Shown: positions 29,502 through 39,919, numbered from the stretch's first letter. The stretch is DNA of 64,000 nucleotides from Bacteroidaceae bacterium (GCA_017938245.1 JAGBBX010000024.1:47050-111049); one strand, 5' to 3'. A program made the numbers and translations. The notes: a model not told the origin generated them from the sequence alone.

Positions 29502-32500
29502 TATTCTGTTCTCTTTTGGATTCGTTCTGTCTTTTGTAAAATTCCCTTCAGCACTCGGCCATCGATAACAAACTCAACCTTGCCGCCTCCCGTTCCTCCT
29601 TCAAGCCCTATAATGGACTTCAATTTATCAAGAGGGGCTACTACTTCAGGGTTGTTGGAAGCACCTGCATACTCTCCGAAGATACCCAACGTAGGACCAT
29701 AGGCGATACCGCCATCCGCGAATTTGGGGATGGAAGCTACGGCAGCACCTACCGCTGCCATACTTGCGGCGAGGGCTATCAGGTTGTAAGGGAACGGCAC
29801 TGTCTGGGACTGTGCAGCTGCTCCCGAGAACGCTTGTGCGATGTTACCTCCGATAACCGAAGCTAACGCTGGCATCGCCTGTGCGACTGCAGTCAGGATA
29901 TTGGCACCATAAGAGAGCCAAGCCCCTGCACCTTCTCCAACGACACCAGACAACGAACCCATAAGCGAACTCAAGTTACCCATTGCCCCTGTAAGCAGGT
30001 CGCCCTTGCTATTCGTAGAGGTGATGACCTTCTCATACTTCTTCCACGAGCCAAGCAGACCTTCAACCTCCTTGCGCTGGTCATCTCCCAACGGGTTCTT
30101 CGTATCATCAAGCATACGCTGCAACTGGCGGATGCGTGACTTCACGGTCTCAAGTCCGACCATCTCCAGCTTCATCTGCAGACCATTGCCCGTCAGTGCA
30201 TCCAACTCGGCAATTTCCTGCTGCATGGACGGGATATCGGTCAGGCTCTTCAATGCATCCCGCTTTGCCTCCAGTGCCTGGATTGTTCTCTGTATGTTCA
30301 CAATCTCAGTGGCGGTAGCATTTTTCTGCTGATTGCTGTAATAGGTTATGGCATTGTCAAGCTCCGATATGGTATCAAGGGTTGATATATCGCCTGGAGC
30401 ATTCATTGCCGCCAATGTCGCATCCCATTCGCCACGCAGACGCTTCAGATCGTTTATCCACTTCTGCACTTCTGCACGCTCTGTCCCTGTTGTACGCTGA
30501 AGCTTCGCCTCATAATAGGACAGCTCGGCGTTCAGCTGTTCGTATGTGGTTATCTGGTCAATGCCTACTTCTGTGTGCGCACTATCTTCTAATGCCGTTC
30601 TAAGGGCGTTCAAACGCGCTATCTCGGCATCAATGCCAGCAAGATTTTCTGCAGTGGCGGTAGTACGCAGCGACTGTTGGTACTCCAGTTCCGCATCAAT
30701 AGCCTGGAGTGTATTCAATTCCTCGGGGCGATTGGCTGCAGCCCATTGCCGCTCGATAACAGTCTGGGCATCCTTGTATGCCTTGATCTTCTTATGGAGC
30801 AAGGCTATGGTTTCCGTCTCTGTGGGCTTGGTTTCCTGAAGCTTCTTCTCATAGTAAGAGACAGCATCTGCAAGTTCCTTGTATGTTGTCGGATTGGCTA
30901 CAGGCTTTTGCTCTGCCGTAGTCTTTCCCGTTTTGCCCTTACCTGAGCCTGTAGCATTGAAATCAATCTTGACCTCCTTGTTCTTCTTCTTGGCTTCGGT
31001 ATTGGCTTCTATTGATTTGGTCTGCTGGTCCAAGGTCGTTGCCGCTTCTTTTGCCGATGCGTCATCCTTGATACCGAAGAACTTCTTCACCCATTCCCAG
31101 GCTTTTTTTATGACGGCACTTGCCTTCTCGAAGGCTGCTACAAGGAAATCCCATACGGCAGAAGCCACTTCCTTGACTGCTCCCCAGACCTTGTCACAGA
31201 TATTGCGGAACCCTTCAAAATTATTGTAGGCATAAATGACTCCTGCCACCAACGCTCCGATGGCGGCGATGACAAGCCCGATGGGGTTTGCCGTTAGTAC
31301 CAGGTTCAACACCTTTTGAACACCTGTCCATACGGCAGTGGCTGCAGAGGCTGCTTTTGTCGCCACATTCTGGAGAATGGTGCTGCCAGTCAATTTTACC
31401 ACAACCTGGTTCAGTGTTGTCATTCCCGAATAGGCACTCTTCATCATCGTACCCATCAGGGCTATGGCATCGGCATTCTCCATTGCGAGGGCAGTGTACG
31501 GTGCCATAGAACCGAGCATCTCCGTAAAGCCTATCTTGATATTGTCCACCGATGCACGGAGCTCCTGCATACGCTGGGCAGTGGTTGCCGTTCTAACCGC
31601 TGCCTGTTCCTCGGCAACGGCGGTACCCGTAAGCTGGGCAGTCATCTCATCCACTGCTGAAGCGTTCTGGATAAGGAACTGCGCTGCAGCAATGTTTTCC
31701 ATACCGAAGACTTTTGACAGATAGGTCGCATCGGAAAGTTTGGGCTTCAGTGCCTCCAGGGCTGTGCCCAACGAGGTTTCGCCCAAGTCAATTCCCAGCT
31801 CTGTGTTAAGCTTCAGTATTATATTGCGTAAAGCGGTACCCGCCTCGCTTCCCTTGAGGTTTGCTTGTGAGAGGATTTCCAAAGCTCCTGCAGTGGATTC
31901 CACATCCAAGCCCATAGCGGAAGCGGCAGCACCCACCACCTTGAACGACTGCGAGAGATCTTCTATCTCCGCAGCACCGTATTTTGATCCAGCAGCAAGA
32001 ACATTGATAACGCGGTCCGCTGCTTCAGCCCCGAGACCGAACTGGTTGATTGTTCCCGCAAGAGCGTTTGCCGCTCCATCAAGGCTCATACCCGAGGCGT
32101 GCGCCAGCGTGATGGACTTCTCCTCGAGCTTATTCAAGCCGTCAATGCCGATTTTCGATATTTCAATTTGAGAGGCAAGCAAAGAATAGGCACGGGCTGC
32201 GGCATCAGCACCCAAGCCCGACTCCTTACCGAAACGGCGGCTGTTGGCCTCAAGTCCCTCCAGTTCCTCACCCACGATACCCGTAATGGAGCTCAAATCT
32301 GCCATTGACTGTCCGAAACTCATACCAGTTTCGGTTGCACTGGCGAACTGTGCCCCGAGCCGTTCCGCTACCTGCAGCATAGCGTTGAAGTTCGGCATCT
32401 CGAGCTTGCCAAGGGCAGACTGGAACTGCTGCATCTTCGTCTGCGTCTTGTCAACATCGGTCTGAAGGTCATTGAACGCACCAGTGATCTTCTTCACCAT

Positions 32501-32548
32501 TGCGGAGACCTTATCCTTCAACTCTACTATAAATGACACTGATTTCAT
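29501..32548 (-). CDS. Tail tape measure protein
   Basis: 1015 aa, Ala/Gly-rich and helical with hydrophobic segments. It follows the G/T chaperone pair. Confidence 0.9.
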   Translation of the reverse strand: MKSVSFIVELKDKVSAMVKKITGAFNDLQTDVDKTQTKMQQFQSALGKLEMPNFNAMLQVAERLGAQFASATETGMSFGQSMADLSSITGIVGEELEGLEANSRRFGKESGLGADAAARAYSLLASQIEISKIGIDGLNKLEEKSITLAHASGMSLDGAANALAGTINQFGLGAEAADRVINVLAAGSKYGAAEIEDLSQSFKVVGAAASAMGLDVESTAGALEILSQANLKGSEAGTALRNIILKLNTELGIDLGETSLGTALEALKPKLSDATYLSKVFGMENIAAAQFLIQNASAVDEMTAQLTGTAVAEEQAAVRTATTAQRMQELRASVDNIKIGFTEMLGSMAPYTALAMENADAIALMGTMMKSAYSGMTTLNQVVVKLTGSTILQNVATKAASAATAVWTGVQKVLNLVLTANPIGLVIAAIGALVAGVIYAYNNFEGFRNICDKVWGAVKEVASAVWDFLVAAFEKASAVIKKAWEWVKKFFGIKDDASAKEAATTLDQQTKSIEANTEAKKKNKEVKIDFNATGSGKGKTGKTTAEQKPVANPTTYKELADAVSYYEKKLQETKPTETETIALLHKKIKAYKDAQTVIERQWAAANRPEELNTLQAIDAELEYQQSLRTTATAENLAGIDAEIARLNALRTALEDSAHTEVGIDQITTYEQLNAELSYYEAKLQRTTGTERAEVQKWINDLKRLRGEWDATLAAMNAPGDISTLDTISELDNAITYYSNQQKNATATEIVNIQRTIQALEAKRDALKSLTDIPSMQQEIAELDALTGNGLQMKLEMVGLETVKSRIRQLQRMLDDTKNPLGDDQRKEVEGLLGSWKKYEKVITSTNSKGDLLTGAMGNLSSLMGSLSGVVGEGAGAWLSYGANILTAVAQAMPALASVIGGNIAQAFSGAAAQSQTVPFPYNLIALAASMAAVGAAVASIPKFADGGIAYGPTLGIFGEYAGASNNPEVVAPLDKLKSIIGLEGGTGGGKVEFVIDGRVLKGILQKTERIQKRTE

Positions 32549-32571
32549 ATCGCTCTGTTTATTTGTTACGG

Positions 32572-32880
32572 CTAACGCAAACCAAATCTGCGTTTTGCCT
32601 TTTCATATCTGGCATTGACCTCCTCGCGTGTTTCCTCACGCCTTTCGGTCTTTACCTCCTGCTTCTCCCATGGGAACTCCATAATATCTGTAGGGCGGAG
32701 TTTCTTCTTGCTGTAAGGCTGGAGGGAACACAGGCACGACATCCTCACACGCTCCCACTCGCCACGCTCAAGGCGTTCCCGTCCTCCGTTCCAGGCATCA
32801 AAGGTCGCCTTGAACTCAGAAGGGGTGCATCGTTCAAAGTCTTGCATACTCATTCCGATACACCCCAACGCTATTCCCAT
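32572..32880 (-). CDS. Tail assembly chaperone, -1-frame (T-like) segment
   Basis: The frame is -1 relative to 32904-33197 and stays open from the A9 slippery run into this ORF. Confidence 0.6.
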   Translation of the reverse strand: MGIALGCIGMSMQDFERCTPSEFKATFDAWNGGRERLERGEWERVRMSCLCSLQPYSKKKLRPTDIMEFPWEKQEVKTERREETREEVNARYEKAKRRFGLR

Positions 32881-32903
32881 AAGTGCTTCTATGCCTCCTG
32901 ACT

Positions 32904-33197
32904 CTACTTCATCGGAGTGTCCGCTGTTTTTTTTTGAGTCTCCTGAACATCACCGAAGAACTCCGTGAAGTCCTCAGGCTCGAGCATATCGACAAACCTG
33001 TCAAATGCGATGTCAAATTCGACCCCGTCAGCATTACAAGCACTCTTCACGCAACACCAGACGAACATCAACATAAGGTCAACATCTGCCTGGTTCACTT
33101 CGCGGATGTCCTTGCCACTCTCACGCTTGAAGCGCACCATCGCACCCATTGTCACTCGGCAAGGGTACTCCTGTCCCTTAATCTTAATCTTCTTCAT
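32904..33197 (-). CDS. Tail assembly chaperone (G-like)
   Basis: 97-aa ORF between the major tail protein and the tape measure. It ends ...ETQKKTADTPMK over an A9 run. Confidence 0.75.
   Translation of the reverse strand: MKKIKIKGQEYPCRVTMGAMVRFKRESGKDIREVNQADVDLMLMFVWCCVKSACNADGVEFDIAFDRFVDMLEPEDFTEFFGDVQETQKKTADTPMK
32927..32935 (-). promoter_or_regulatory. Slippery A9 run (CAAAAAAAAAC) for a programmed -1 frameshift
   Basis: T9 on the plus strand. After a -1 slip the translation is [22 protein letters not shown]... with no stop. Confidence 0.6.
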
Positions 33198-33213
33198 AAG
33201 TTACGCATTAAGG

Positions 33214-33699
33214 TTATGACTGGGTGGTTGTAGCAGTCTCGCTCAAGCCGTTGCTGCCGTCCACCTTCTTGACCTCGCCCGAGTTCTCCAGCTGGACGCT
33301 GTACTTGGAGTCATCGCCCGCCTGACCGTCAAGATCCAGAGAGGTAATGATATACTTGCCAGCGTAACCGCCCGTGGTCTTGCCAGTACGCTTGTCACCG
33401 TCACGCAGAGAATATGCTGCATCTACGGGATCACCCTTCAGCATCAACTCCTTCAGCTGGTCGTAGGTCGGAGTTTCGGCGTCGCCGTCGGTAAGCACAC
33501 AGCCGTCAGCGGATATGCTCTCGCTGAAGCTCTTTACATACTTCTCCTTCCATTTGCCAGAGGAAGCCTCTTTTGTAATACGCTCACCAGTCTCAACCGA
33601 TGTGCTGACCTTACAGCCAGTGCTGAAACCGAGAGCCTTGCCACCGACACTAAGGATAAGGTCGGTACCGTCCAATACGCTTTTTGCTACTTCGCTCAT
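33214..33699 (-). CDS. Major tail protein (siphovirus, TP901-1/phi13-like)
   Basis: 161 aa. The position and sequence character fit (GTDLILSVGGKALGFSTGCKVS..., acidic/Thr-rich C-terminus). Confidence 0.75.
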   Translation of the reverse strand: MSEVAKSVLDGTDLILSVGGKALGFSTGCKVSTSVETGERITKEASSGKWKEKYVKSFSESISADGCVLTDGDAETPTYDQLKELMLKGDPVDAAYSLRDGDKRTGKTTGGYAGKYIITSLDLDGQAGDDSKYSVQLENSGEVKKVDGSNGLSETATTTQS

Positions 33700-34193
33700 A
33701 TCTTTTTGAATTTGAGTTTTACAATGATTGTTAGTAATATGCCGATGACTACACCGACAAGAAATGATATTAACGCCGTTTTAACAGGATTCGAACGCTG
33801 TTCCTTCTCCTCCTGAACAAGGCTCTGCAGACCTTCGTATGCCTCCTTGTAGGTCATGGCCATCGTCTCATAATATTCGCATTGCCTTTTCAGACTGTCG
33901 CAAATGGCATAGACGATAATTGTGTCCCGCTTGTATTGCACTACGGCATTGGCCTGACCGCTCTTGGCACGGTACTCTGCCTTATGGGGAAGCTTACGGA
34001 GGCTGTCTATCGGTATCTCCAGCATCACCTGTGACTGCGGTACCGTCACCGTCTCGATCTTCCTCACTTCGTATCGTAGGCTGTCCTCGGATTCCTGCAC
34101 CTCGTTCGATACGCTCTGGGAGCTCACCTTTCGGGAGGTCGCGCAACCTGTAAAGGACAGGGCAATCATCAGAATGCTTACAACTGTTAGCAT
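33696..34193 (-). CDS. Lipoprotein with C-terminal TM helix (unimolecular spanin-like)
   Basis: The start was taken at MLTVVSILMIALSFTGC (lipobox). The C-terminal TM is ALISFLVGVVIGILLTIIV. It overlaps the upstream ORF in a different frame. Confidence 0.6.
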   Translation of the reverse strand: MLTVVSILMIALSFTGCATSRKVSSQSVSNEVQESEDSLRYEVRKIETVTVPQSQVMLEIPIDSLRKLPHKAEYRAKSGQANAVVQYKRDTIIVYAICDSLKRQCEYYETMAMTYKEAYEGLQSLVQEEKEQRSNPVKTALISFLVGVVIGILLTIIVKLKFKKI

Positions 34194-34518
34194 CACCGAT
34201 AGCCTTGCGGAGCCTTGCCATTTCACGCTTGGTAGCACCGAACTCCTTTTTGGTCTCCCGTAACTCTTCTCGTGTCTCATGCAATTCCTTTTTAAGCGGT
34301 TCTACAATGTTTTCTATCAAAATACGGGTGGCGTGTTCAGCGTTGTCAATACGCACTGACTCAGCTTCAGCCTTTGCCCTCTCCGCTTCAGCCTTCGCCT
34401 GTTCCGCCTTGGCATTCGCCTCGCGGACCGTCGCCTTGAGCGTCAACACACCGATAAGAAGTGCCAACACCCCGCCGCCCAGTATGTAATTGAGTATTTC
34501 GCTGAACTCCATATCCAC
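33994..34518 (-). CDS. N-terminally membrane-anchored coiled-coil protein (holin- or i-spanin-like)
   Basis: TM segment ILGGGVLALLIGVLTL followed by a KAEQAKAEAERAKAEAE coiled coil. The last roughly 65 codons overlap 33696-34193. Confidence 0.55.
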   Translation of the reverse strand: MDMEFSEILNYILGGGVLALLIGVLTLKATVREANAKAEQAKAEAERAKAEAESVRIDNAEHATRILIENIVEPLKKELHETREELRETKKEFGATKREMARLRKAIGDANSCKHSDDCPVLYRLRDLPKGELPERIERGAGIRGQPTIRSEEDRDGDGTAVTGDAGDTDRQPP

Positions 34519-34523
34519 TCGTT

Positions 34524-34988
34524 TTATTGGTTAATCCCTATGGTCTTCAACCAAGCCTGTACATCAAAGCTGGGGCAACCCTTTGCTGCTACCTCCCCGT
34601 GTCCTATGATGCGGACTTTGGGGAATCGCCGATGGAAATCCTTTACATAGGTTTCCAAAGCCAGCTTCTGTTCTTTGGTGCGTGTATCCTTCGTAGTCTT
34701 GCCATCGGCTGCCACGCCGCCGACATACACGATGTGTCGGCTGATTGAGTTGTAACCTTTGGCTCCGTTGGTAATCTCCCAAGGATCAACATTCGCATCC
34801 TCATTGTTGGCGACAAGGCGTTCCACCTCGCCGTCAAGATGTATCAGGTCGGTATATCCCACCTGCGACCAGCCACGCCCACCCTTGCATACAGGGTTAG
34901 TGTGCCATGCTCGTATCTCATCAGACGATACTTCACGGCCTGGTGGCGTGGCGGTGCAGTGAAGGACTAAATACTTCAGCTTCGCCAT
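34524..34988 (-). CDS. N-acetylmuramoyl-L-alanine amidase (endolysin, PGRP/amidase_2-like)
   Basis: 154 aa with YLVLHCTATPPG...GYTDLIH...GHGEVAAKGCPSF. Confidence 0.88.
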   Translation of the reverse strand: MAKLKYLVLHCTATPPGREVSSDEIRAWHTNPVCKGGRGWSQVGYTDLIHLDGEVERLVANNEDANVDPWEITNGAKGYNSISRHIVYVGGVAADGKTTKDTRTKEQKLALETYVKDFHRRFPKVRIIGHGEVAAKGCPSFDVQAWLKTIGINQ

Positions 34989-36046
34989 TAAGCGGTAGCC
35001 TTGTAGCCGCTTCTCATCACGACACCTGCGTCGGCCTTCTTGAACATACAGATGAAGTAGTGACGGAAGTTGACCTTGTTACGCTGATACTCGGGGTCGT
35101 TCTCGGCAGCACTCCAGTACATCTTGGTTGAACCTGTAGCCTTGAACACTCGCTTGGTGTAGAATGCGAACGAACACTGGAACTCACCTGCAGATGCAGT
35201 GGCACCAACGGCTTTCTTCTCACCGCCTGTAGTGTAATACGGGTTGTTGCCGAAGGTATAGATGTCGAAACCATACATACGGGCAACCGTACCCTCACCA
35301 CGATTGATGTTGTACTGCTCCTTGAAATTCTGGTCTGCCTCCAAGAGGTCGTTCACATGGTCAGGACAAAGTACCAGACGGCGGCTGTCAACAGGCACCT
35401 TCAGATTGTCGAGGGCTCGCTTCATTGCCACAAGGTCGGCTGGGGTAAGTTTCAATCGGCCCGTTGCTTCGTCCCTTGCTCCCGTAGTAGTCAGCACAGG
35501 AGTCTTGGCGGTATGTGAAGTCGCACACAATGCGTGAGCAGCCTTGGCAAACTTACTGTCATTGATAGCATTCGAATGGCTCTCCTTCACACGGGAAATC
35601 TTGTCATAACTGATTGCGTACAGCTCATCATCGGTGACAGGGGTGACCTTTGTCTGGAACTTGTCAAGGCTGATGGTGATGTCTGCATCATCCAGGTTCT
35701 GGAGAGGAATAGGATATGTGGTATTGTTCACCAATACATCAGGGTCAACACCCACATCAACCAGATGGATGACATCATTATCCACCAACGAGGAGTTGTC
35801 GGGGATACCGTCCAACCACGAACCCACAAGGAACTCGCGGAGGGCTTTCACTATCTCACCCGTCCAAATCTCCTTCAGTACACCAGCACGCATCACACCC
35901 GAAGGCATTGCAGTGCTGACAACGGCGGAAAGGGCATTCATACCAAGGGCTCCAGCCACAGGGCTAATGCCGACAACCGCACCGAACGCTGCTCCTGTAA
36001 ATGCGTTGAACAGGAGAGCCATAAGCATTGAAATCATTGCTTTCAT
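34988..36046 (-). CDS. Major capsid protein (HK97 fold)
   Basis: The start was taken at MKAMISML, which avoids overlap with the protease gene. 352 aa, positioned after the protease/scaffold. Confidence 0.8.
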   Translation of the reverse strand: MKAMISMLMALLFNAFTGAAFGAVVGISPVAGALGMNALSAVVSTAMPSGVMRAGVLKEIWTGEIVKALREFLVGSWLDGIPDNSSLVDNDVIHLVDVGVDPDVLVNNTTYPIPLQNLDDADITISLDKFQTKVTPVTDDELYAISYDKISRVKESHSNAINDSKFAKAAHALCATSHTAKTPVLTTTGARDEATGRLKLTPADLVAMKRALDNLKVPVDSRRLVLCPDHVNDLLEADQNFKEQYNINRGEGTVARMYGFDIYTFGNNPYYTTGGEKKAVGATASAGEFQCSFAFYTKRVFKATGSTKMYWSAAENDPEYQRNKVNFRHYFICMFKKADAGVVMRSGYKATA

Positions 36047-36077
36047 TGTCTTCTTGTTTTTATTGGTTTGTACTCTG

Positions 36078-37025
36078 TTAATCCTCAATCTCGCACTCGA
36101 TGCCGTACTCAGCCTTGTAAAGACGCTTGTACTCGGCAACATTCTTCTCACGAAGTTCCAGGATCTTGTCTGCAGGGACCTCGCTCAGCTTCGAATAGGT
36201 TACGGGAGTGCCTGTAGGGGCTCCGCCCTGATGGCCGATTGTCTGGCTCAACTTAACCTGGGGAGTCATTGCCGCGAGAATGTTCTGCAACTCCTCAAGT
36301 CCGACCTTCTTGCCGAGCTCGACAAACTGCTCCTTCTTGTCGGCAGCCAGGCGTTTCTCACCGACAGCCTTGTCCACTGCATTGGTAATACGCTCGAGGG
36401 TGAGCGTGTCATTGTTCTTCTTGAGGTCTGCGTTCTCCGCCTTGGCGGTCTTCAACTCCTCAATGGCTGCATTGATAGCAGCCTCGTCTGCCGTCTCGGG
36501 CAAGCCTAACGATAAGGCTAATTTTTTCTGATCCATTTGCTCTGGGTTTTGAAAGTTGTTGTTATTAAGTAATGGCAAAGGACACTCTCCGTCCTTGCCG
36601 AGCGTGATACGCTTTCCGTCCTTTTGTAACACGATGGCATCGTCATTGGCACCGATATCCACAAGAGACACCTCAAAGAGTTTGCTCTTGGTGATGGTCG
36701 GGCAAGTCTGACCTTGCACAAGGTGCTGCTTGTCATCGCTGAGTTCCAGAATGTCGATGCCGACACTGACCATACGGAGGCTTCCGAACTCATACTGTTT
36801 CTTGCATCGCTTCGAGAGTTCCGAGGCGCAGTCGAACATCAGTTCCCCCGTCACTTCATCATTCTCAACCTTCAGGTCCTTAACATACCCGATGACTTGT
36901 CCGCGCTCGTGCTGATAAAGCAGTACAGGGTTTCGGCAGTACTGCTCGACATTCATGCCCGATGTCAGCACGCGCGTTCCGTAACTGTTCAGGCTGTCGT
37001 TTGAAATTCGTACTCGTTTGCTCAT
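36078..37025 (-). CDS. Prohead protease fused to a scaffold-like coiled-coil C-terminus
   Basis: 315 aa with an HK97-type protease-like N-terminus (VSLVDIGANDDA). The C-terminus is helical and charged. Confidence 0.75.
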   Translation of the reverse strand: MSKRVRISNDSLNSYGTRVLTSGMNVEQYCRNPVLLYQHERGQVIGYVKDLKVENDEVTGELMFDCASELSKRCKKQYEFGSLRMVSVGIDILELSDDKQHLVQGQTCPTITKSKLFEVSLVDIGANDDAIVLQKDGKRITLGKDGECPLPLLNNNNFQNPEQMDQKKLALSLGLPETADEAAINAAIEELKTAKAENADLKKNNDTLTLERITNAVDKAVGEKRLAADKKEQFVELGKKVGLEELQNILAAMTPQVKLSQTIGHQGGAPTGTPVTYSKLSEVPADKILELREKNVAEYKRLYKAEYGIECEIED

Positions 37026-37103
37026 ATATTTATTTTTTCAAATAAATGGAAAGGGGCGTTTTTGCCCGTTTGCGATGCAATATTAGCCCGTCTTTTTGAC
37101 CCT

Positions 37104-37161
37104 GCCAAAATAGTGTGAAACGGTTGCACACTTCTATGAAACCATTGCACACTATTTTGGC
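37104..37161. promoter_or_regulatory. 14-bp perfect inverted repeat in the divergent late-gene control region
   Basis: GCCAAAATAGTGTG (37104-37117) and CACACTATTTTGGC (37148-37161). TTGCACAC occurs twice between the arms. Confidence 0.5.
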
Positions 37162-37218
37162 AAACCCGCTGAAACACCGCAACTTTGCACCAGTTGTTCA
37201 ACATTTAACTTTTCATAT

Positions 37219-37692
37219 ATGACAAAGGCAGAAATGGAAAAAAAGAAATCGTTGGCACGCTCTCTATACCTGGCAGGTATGGAGCAGACCGAGATTGCGG
37301 ATAAGGTCGGGGTATCGCGTGTCACCGTATCAAAGTGGAGTACAGCCGATGGCTGGAAGGAGGCAAGAGCGGCAAAGCAGATTTCGCGCCCCGAGTTGGT
37401 AAACAAACTTCTGCTTACCATAGACACGCTCATCGAGCAGGTACACAAATCGGAGGACCCGACTATGATTGCAGGGCTCGGGGACAAGCTCGCCAAACTC
37501 TCATCGGTCATAGAGAAACTCGACAAGAAGGCTAACGTCGTGGATGCCATTGAGGTGTTTATGGCATTCTCCCGCTGGATGGAGTACCGTTCACAGACTG
37601 ACCCCGAAATCACTCCCGAACTGCTCAAGGCTATCAACAAGTACCAGGACAAGTATCTCATCGAGTCGATGGGCGCAAATACATTGAAGTAG
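37219..37692 (+). CDS. Terminase small subunit (HTH)
   Basis: 157 aa with HTH MEQTEIADKVGVSRVTVSKW, directly upstream of the large subunit. Confidence 0.75.
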   Translation: MTKAEMEKKKSLARSLYLAGMEQTEIADKVGVSRVTVSKWSTADGWKEARAAKQISRPELVNKLLLTIDTLIEQVHKSEDPTMIAGLGDKLAKLSSVIEKLDKKANVVDAIEVFMAFSRWMEYRSQTDPEITPELLKAINKYQDKYLIESMGANTLK

Positions 37693-37693
37693 T

Positions 37694-39253
37694 ATGGCTG
37701 GACTCAGTGAATTAAAGAAGAGTTATGCCGAATGGCAGGAACACTGCAAACGGGTCCAGTCCCTCACAGACCTGTCCTCATTGGTAAATGAAACGCCATC
37801 ACAGAAGGACAAGCGTATCAGACGGCTGCAGAAGGACTATGCCGCATTCTGCGAATACTACTTTCCGCACTTCCTGACCTTACGGGACAAGACTACGGGA
37901 GAGGTGATCCGAACCGTTCACAACGCACCGTTCCATAACAGTGCCGCACTCAAGGTCAAGAACACCCCGAACCTGAAGGCTGTATTCAAGTGGCCGCGAG
38001 GACACGCCAAATCAACTCACTTTGACATATTCCTTCCCCTGTGGCTGATGTTCCAACCCAAGAGACTTATCAATGTGATGGTGGTTGTCGGCAAGTCCGA
38101 GGAGAGTGCCATAGGTCTGTTGTCCGACATCCAGGCAGAGCTGGAATTCAACCAGCGCATTATCGCCGACTTCGGGGGGCAGAAGGCTGTCGGCAACTGG
38201 CAGGAGGGGCAATTCGTCACGCAGTCCGATGTGGCGTTCTTTGCCCGTGGTCGCGGTCAGTCACCCCGTGGTTTGAGGTACAAGGAGGCACGACCTGACT
38301 ACATCGTTATCGATGACTTGGATGATGATGAGCTTTGCCGCAACGAGAAGCGTGTTCACGATCTGACCGATTGGGTGAAAGAAGCCCTGTTCGGTGCGCT
38401 TGATGTGGGTCGTGGTCGCTTCATTATGGTGGGAAACCTCATATCTAAGAACTCGGTGCTGGCGAACATTGCAGCCACAAAGGGCGTGTATGTGTCCGAA
38501 ATCAAGGCTGTGGACAAAGACGGCGAACCCGTATGGAAAGAGAAGTGGACCAAGGAGGAGGCAGAGGAGGCAGCAGCCTTTATGGGCTACCGCTCCTGGC
38601 AGAAGGAGATGATGCACAACCCTATCAAGGACGGAACCATCTTCCGCCACGAATGGATACGCTACAAGAAGGTGCTGCCACTACACAAGTACGAGATGCT
38701 TGTATGCTATACCGACCCTTCGTTCAAGTCCACGACAGCAAACGACTACAAGGCTTCACGCCTATGGGGTAAGATTGGCAACGAGCTCCACCTTATTGAC
38801 TGCTATGTGCGCCAGGATACTGTTTCGGGAATGGTGCGATGGTTATACAACCTGCACGAGAGTATGCCCGAAAATGTGTCCGTCAGATTCTTTATGGAGG
38901 CGAACTTCATGCAGGACATCATTCTGGATGAGTTCACCACCGAAGGCAACATACGCGGATATCAGCTGCCCATCCTCCCTGACAAACGGAAGAAACCCGA
39001 GAAAATACAGCGTATCGAAGCGATATCCCCGTTGTGGGAACGCGGTTTCGTATTCTATAACGAAGCTCTGAAGGACACTCCAGATATGCAGGTGGGCATA
39101 GAACAGACACTCGCCCTGGAGCGTGGCAGCCGTGTTCACGATGATGCGCCCGATGCAGACGAAGGGGCTATATGGTATCTGCAGCGCAATACAAGACAAG
39201 AGAGTTTCAAACCGATGTTCGGGGCCCGCCCGACATCTAAAAATATATGGTAG
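37694..39253 (+). CDS. Terminase large subunit
   Basis: 519 aa with Walker A-like PRGHAKST, Walker B YIVIDDLDDDE and a C-terminal nuclease-like region. Confidence 0.9.
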   Translation: MAGLSELKKSYAEWQEHCKRVQSLTDLSSLVNETPSQKDKRIRRLQKDYAAFCEYYFPHFLTLRDKTTGEVIRTVHNAPFHNSAALKVKNTPNLKAVFKWPRGHAKSTHFDIFLPLWLMFQPKRLINVMVVVGKSEESAIGLLSDIQAELEFNQRIIADFGGQKAVGNWQEGQFVTQSDVAFFARGRGQSPRGLRYKEARPDYIVIDDLDDDELCRNEKRVHDLTDWVKEALFGALDVGRGRFIMVGNLISKNSVLANIAATKGVYVSEIKAVDKDGEPVWKEKWTKEEAEEAAAFMGYRSWQKEMMHNPIKDGTIFRHEWIRYKKVLPLHKYEMLVCYTDPSFKSTTANDYKASRLWGKIGNELHLIDCYVRQDTVSGMVRWLYNLHESMPENVSVRFFMEANFMQDIILDEFTTEGNIRGYQLPILPDKRKKPEKIQRIEAISPLWERGFVFYNEALKDTPDMQVGIEQTLALERGSRVHDDAPDADEGAIWYLQRNTRQESFKPMFGARPTSKNIW

Positions 39254-39254
39254 T

Positions 39255-39485
39255 ATGATTCAGTTTATCAAGAGACTTATTTTCGCTTGGAAGTACAAGC
39301 GTGCCGTAAAGAAGGCTATCAAACTCGCAAAGCTCACAGGCTTGCGGTATTTCGTGGTGTATATGAACGGAAGTCTGAAGGTCGCGCCCAAAAAGACCTT
39401 CAAGGAACTCATCGCCAAGAAACGGTTCCGCAGGGGTACGACCATACAGGACATTGAGAAGTCCGCCCTGTTCATAACCAAATAG
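39255..39485 (+). CDS. Small basic hypothetical protein
   Basis: 76 aa starting MIQFIKRL, packed tightly after terL. Confidence 0.5.
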   Translation: MIQFIKRLIFAWKYKRAVKKAIKLAKLTGLRYFVVYMNGSLKVAPKKTFKELIAKKRFRRGTTIQDIEKSALFITK

Positions 39486-39497
39486 GAAGGAGGCCGT

Positions 39498-39917
39498 ATG
39501 TTCATCACAGAGGAAGACTACAAGGTTGTCATCGGGGACGCTGCACTCAAGGTCATCACCCAGACGGATGAAGCCAACCGCGCCAATGCAGAGGCAGAAG
39601 CCATCGAAGAGATGTCAGGATACCTGCGCCCCAAATATGACTGCACGGCTGCATTCGCTACAGAAGGAGAACAGCGCAACCGCCAACTGGTAATGTACGC
39701 CTGTGACATTGCACTCTACCACATGGTATCGGCGATGCCGCAGAAAATGGGTTCAGAGATACGAAAGGAACGCTACGAGCGTGCCATCAAATGGTTGGAA
39801 GGTGTACAGGCTGGAAAGATTATCCCAGACCTGCCACTCGCCACAGATGAGGAGGGCAACACCTCGGGAGGCACGACACTGTTCAGTTCACAACCACAAC
39901 TTCATCACACCTGGTAA
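39498..39917 (+). CDS. DUF1320 (Mu gp36-like) head-tail connector protein
   Basis: 139 aa. The position before the portal and the sequence character match Mu gp36-family proteins. Confidence 0.65.
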   Translation: MFITEEDYKVVIGDAALKVITQTDEANRANAEAEAIEEMSGYLRPKYDCTAAFATEGEQRNRQLVMYACDIALYHMVSAMPQKMGSEIRKERYERAIKWLEGVQAGKIIPDLPLATDEEGNTSGGTTLFSSQPQLHHTW

Positions 39918-39919
39918 CT

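Noticed and set aside
35534-36509. Plus-strand ORFs of 165 and 291 aa over the capsid and protease genes.
   Set aside because: They are antisense shadow ORFs within well-supported structural genes.
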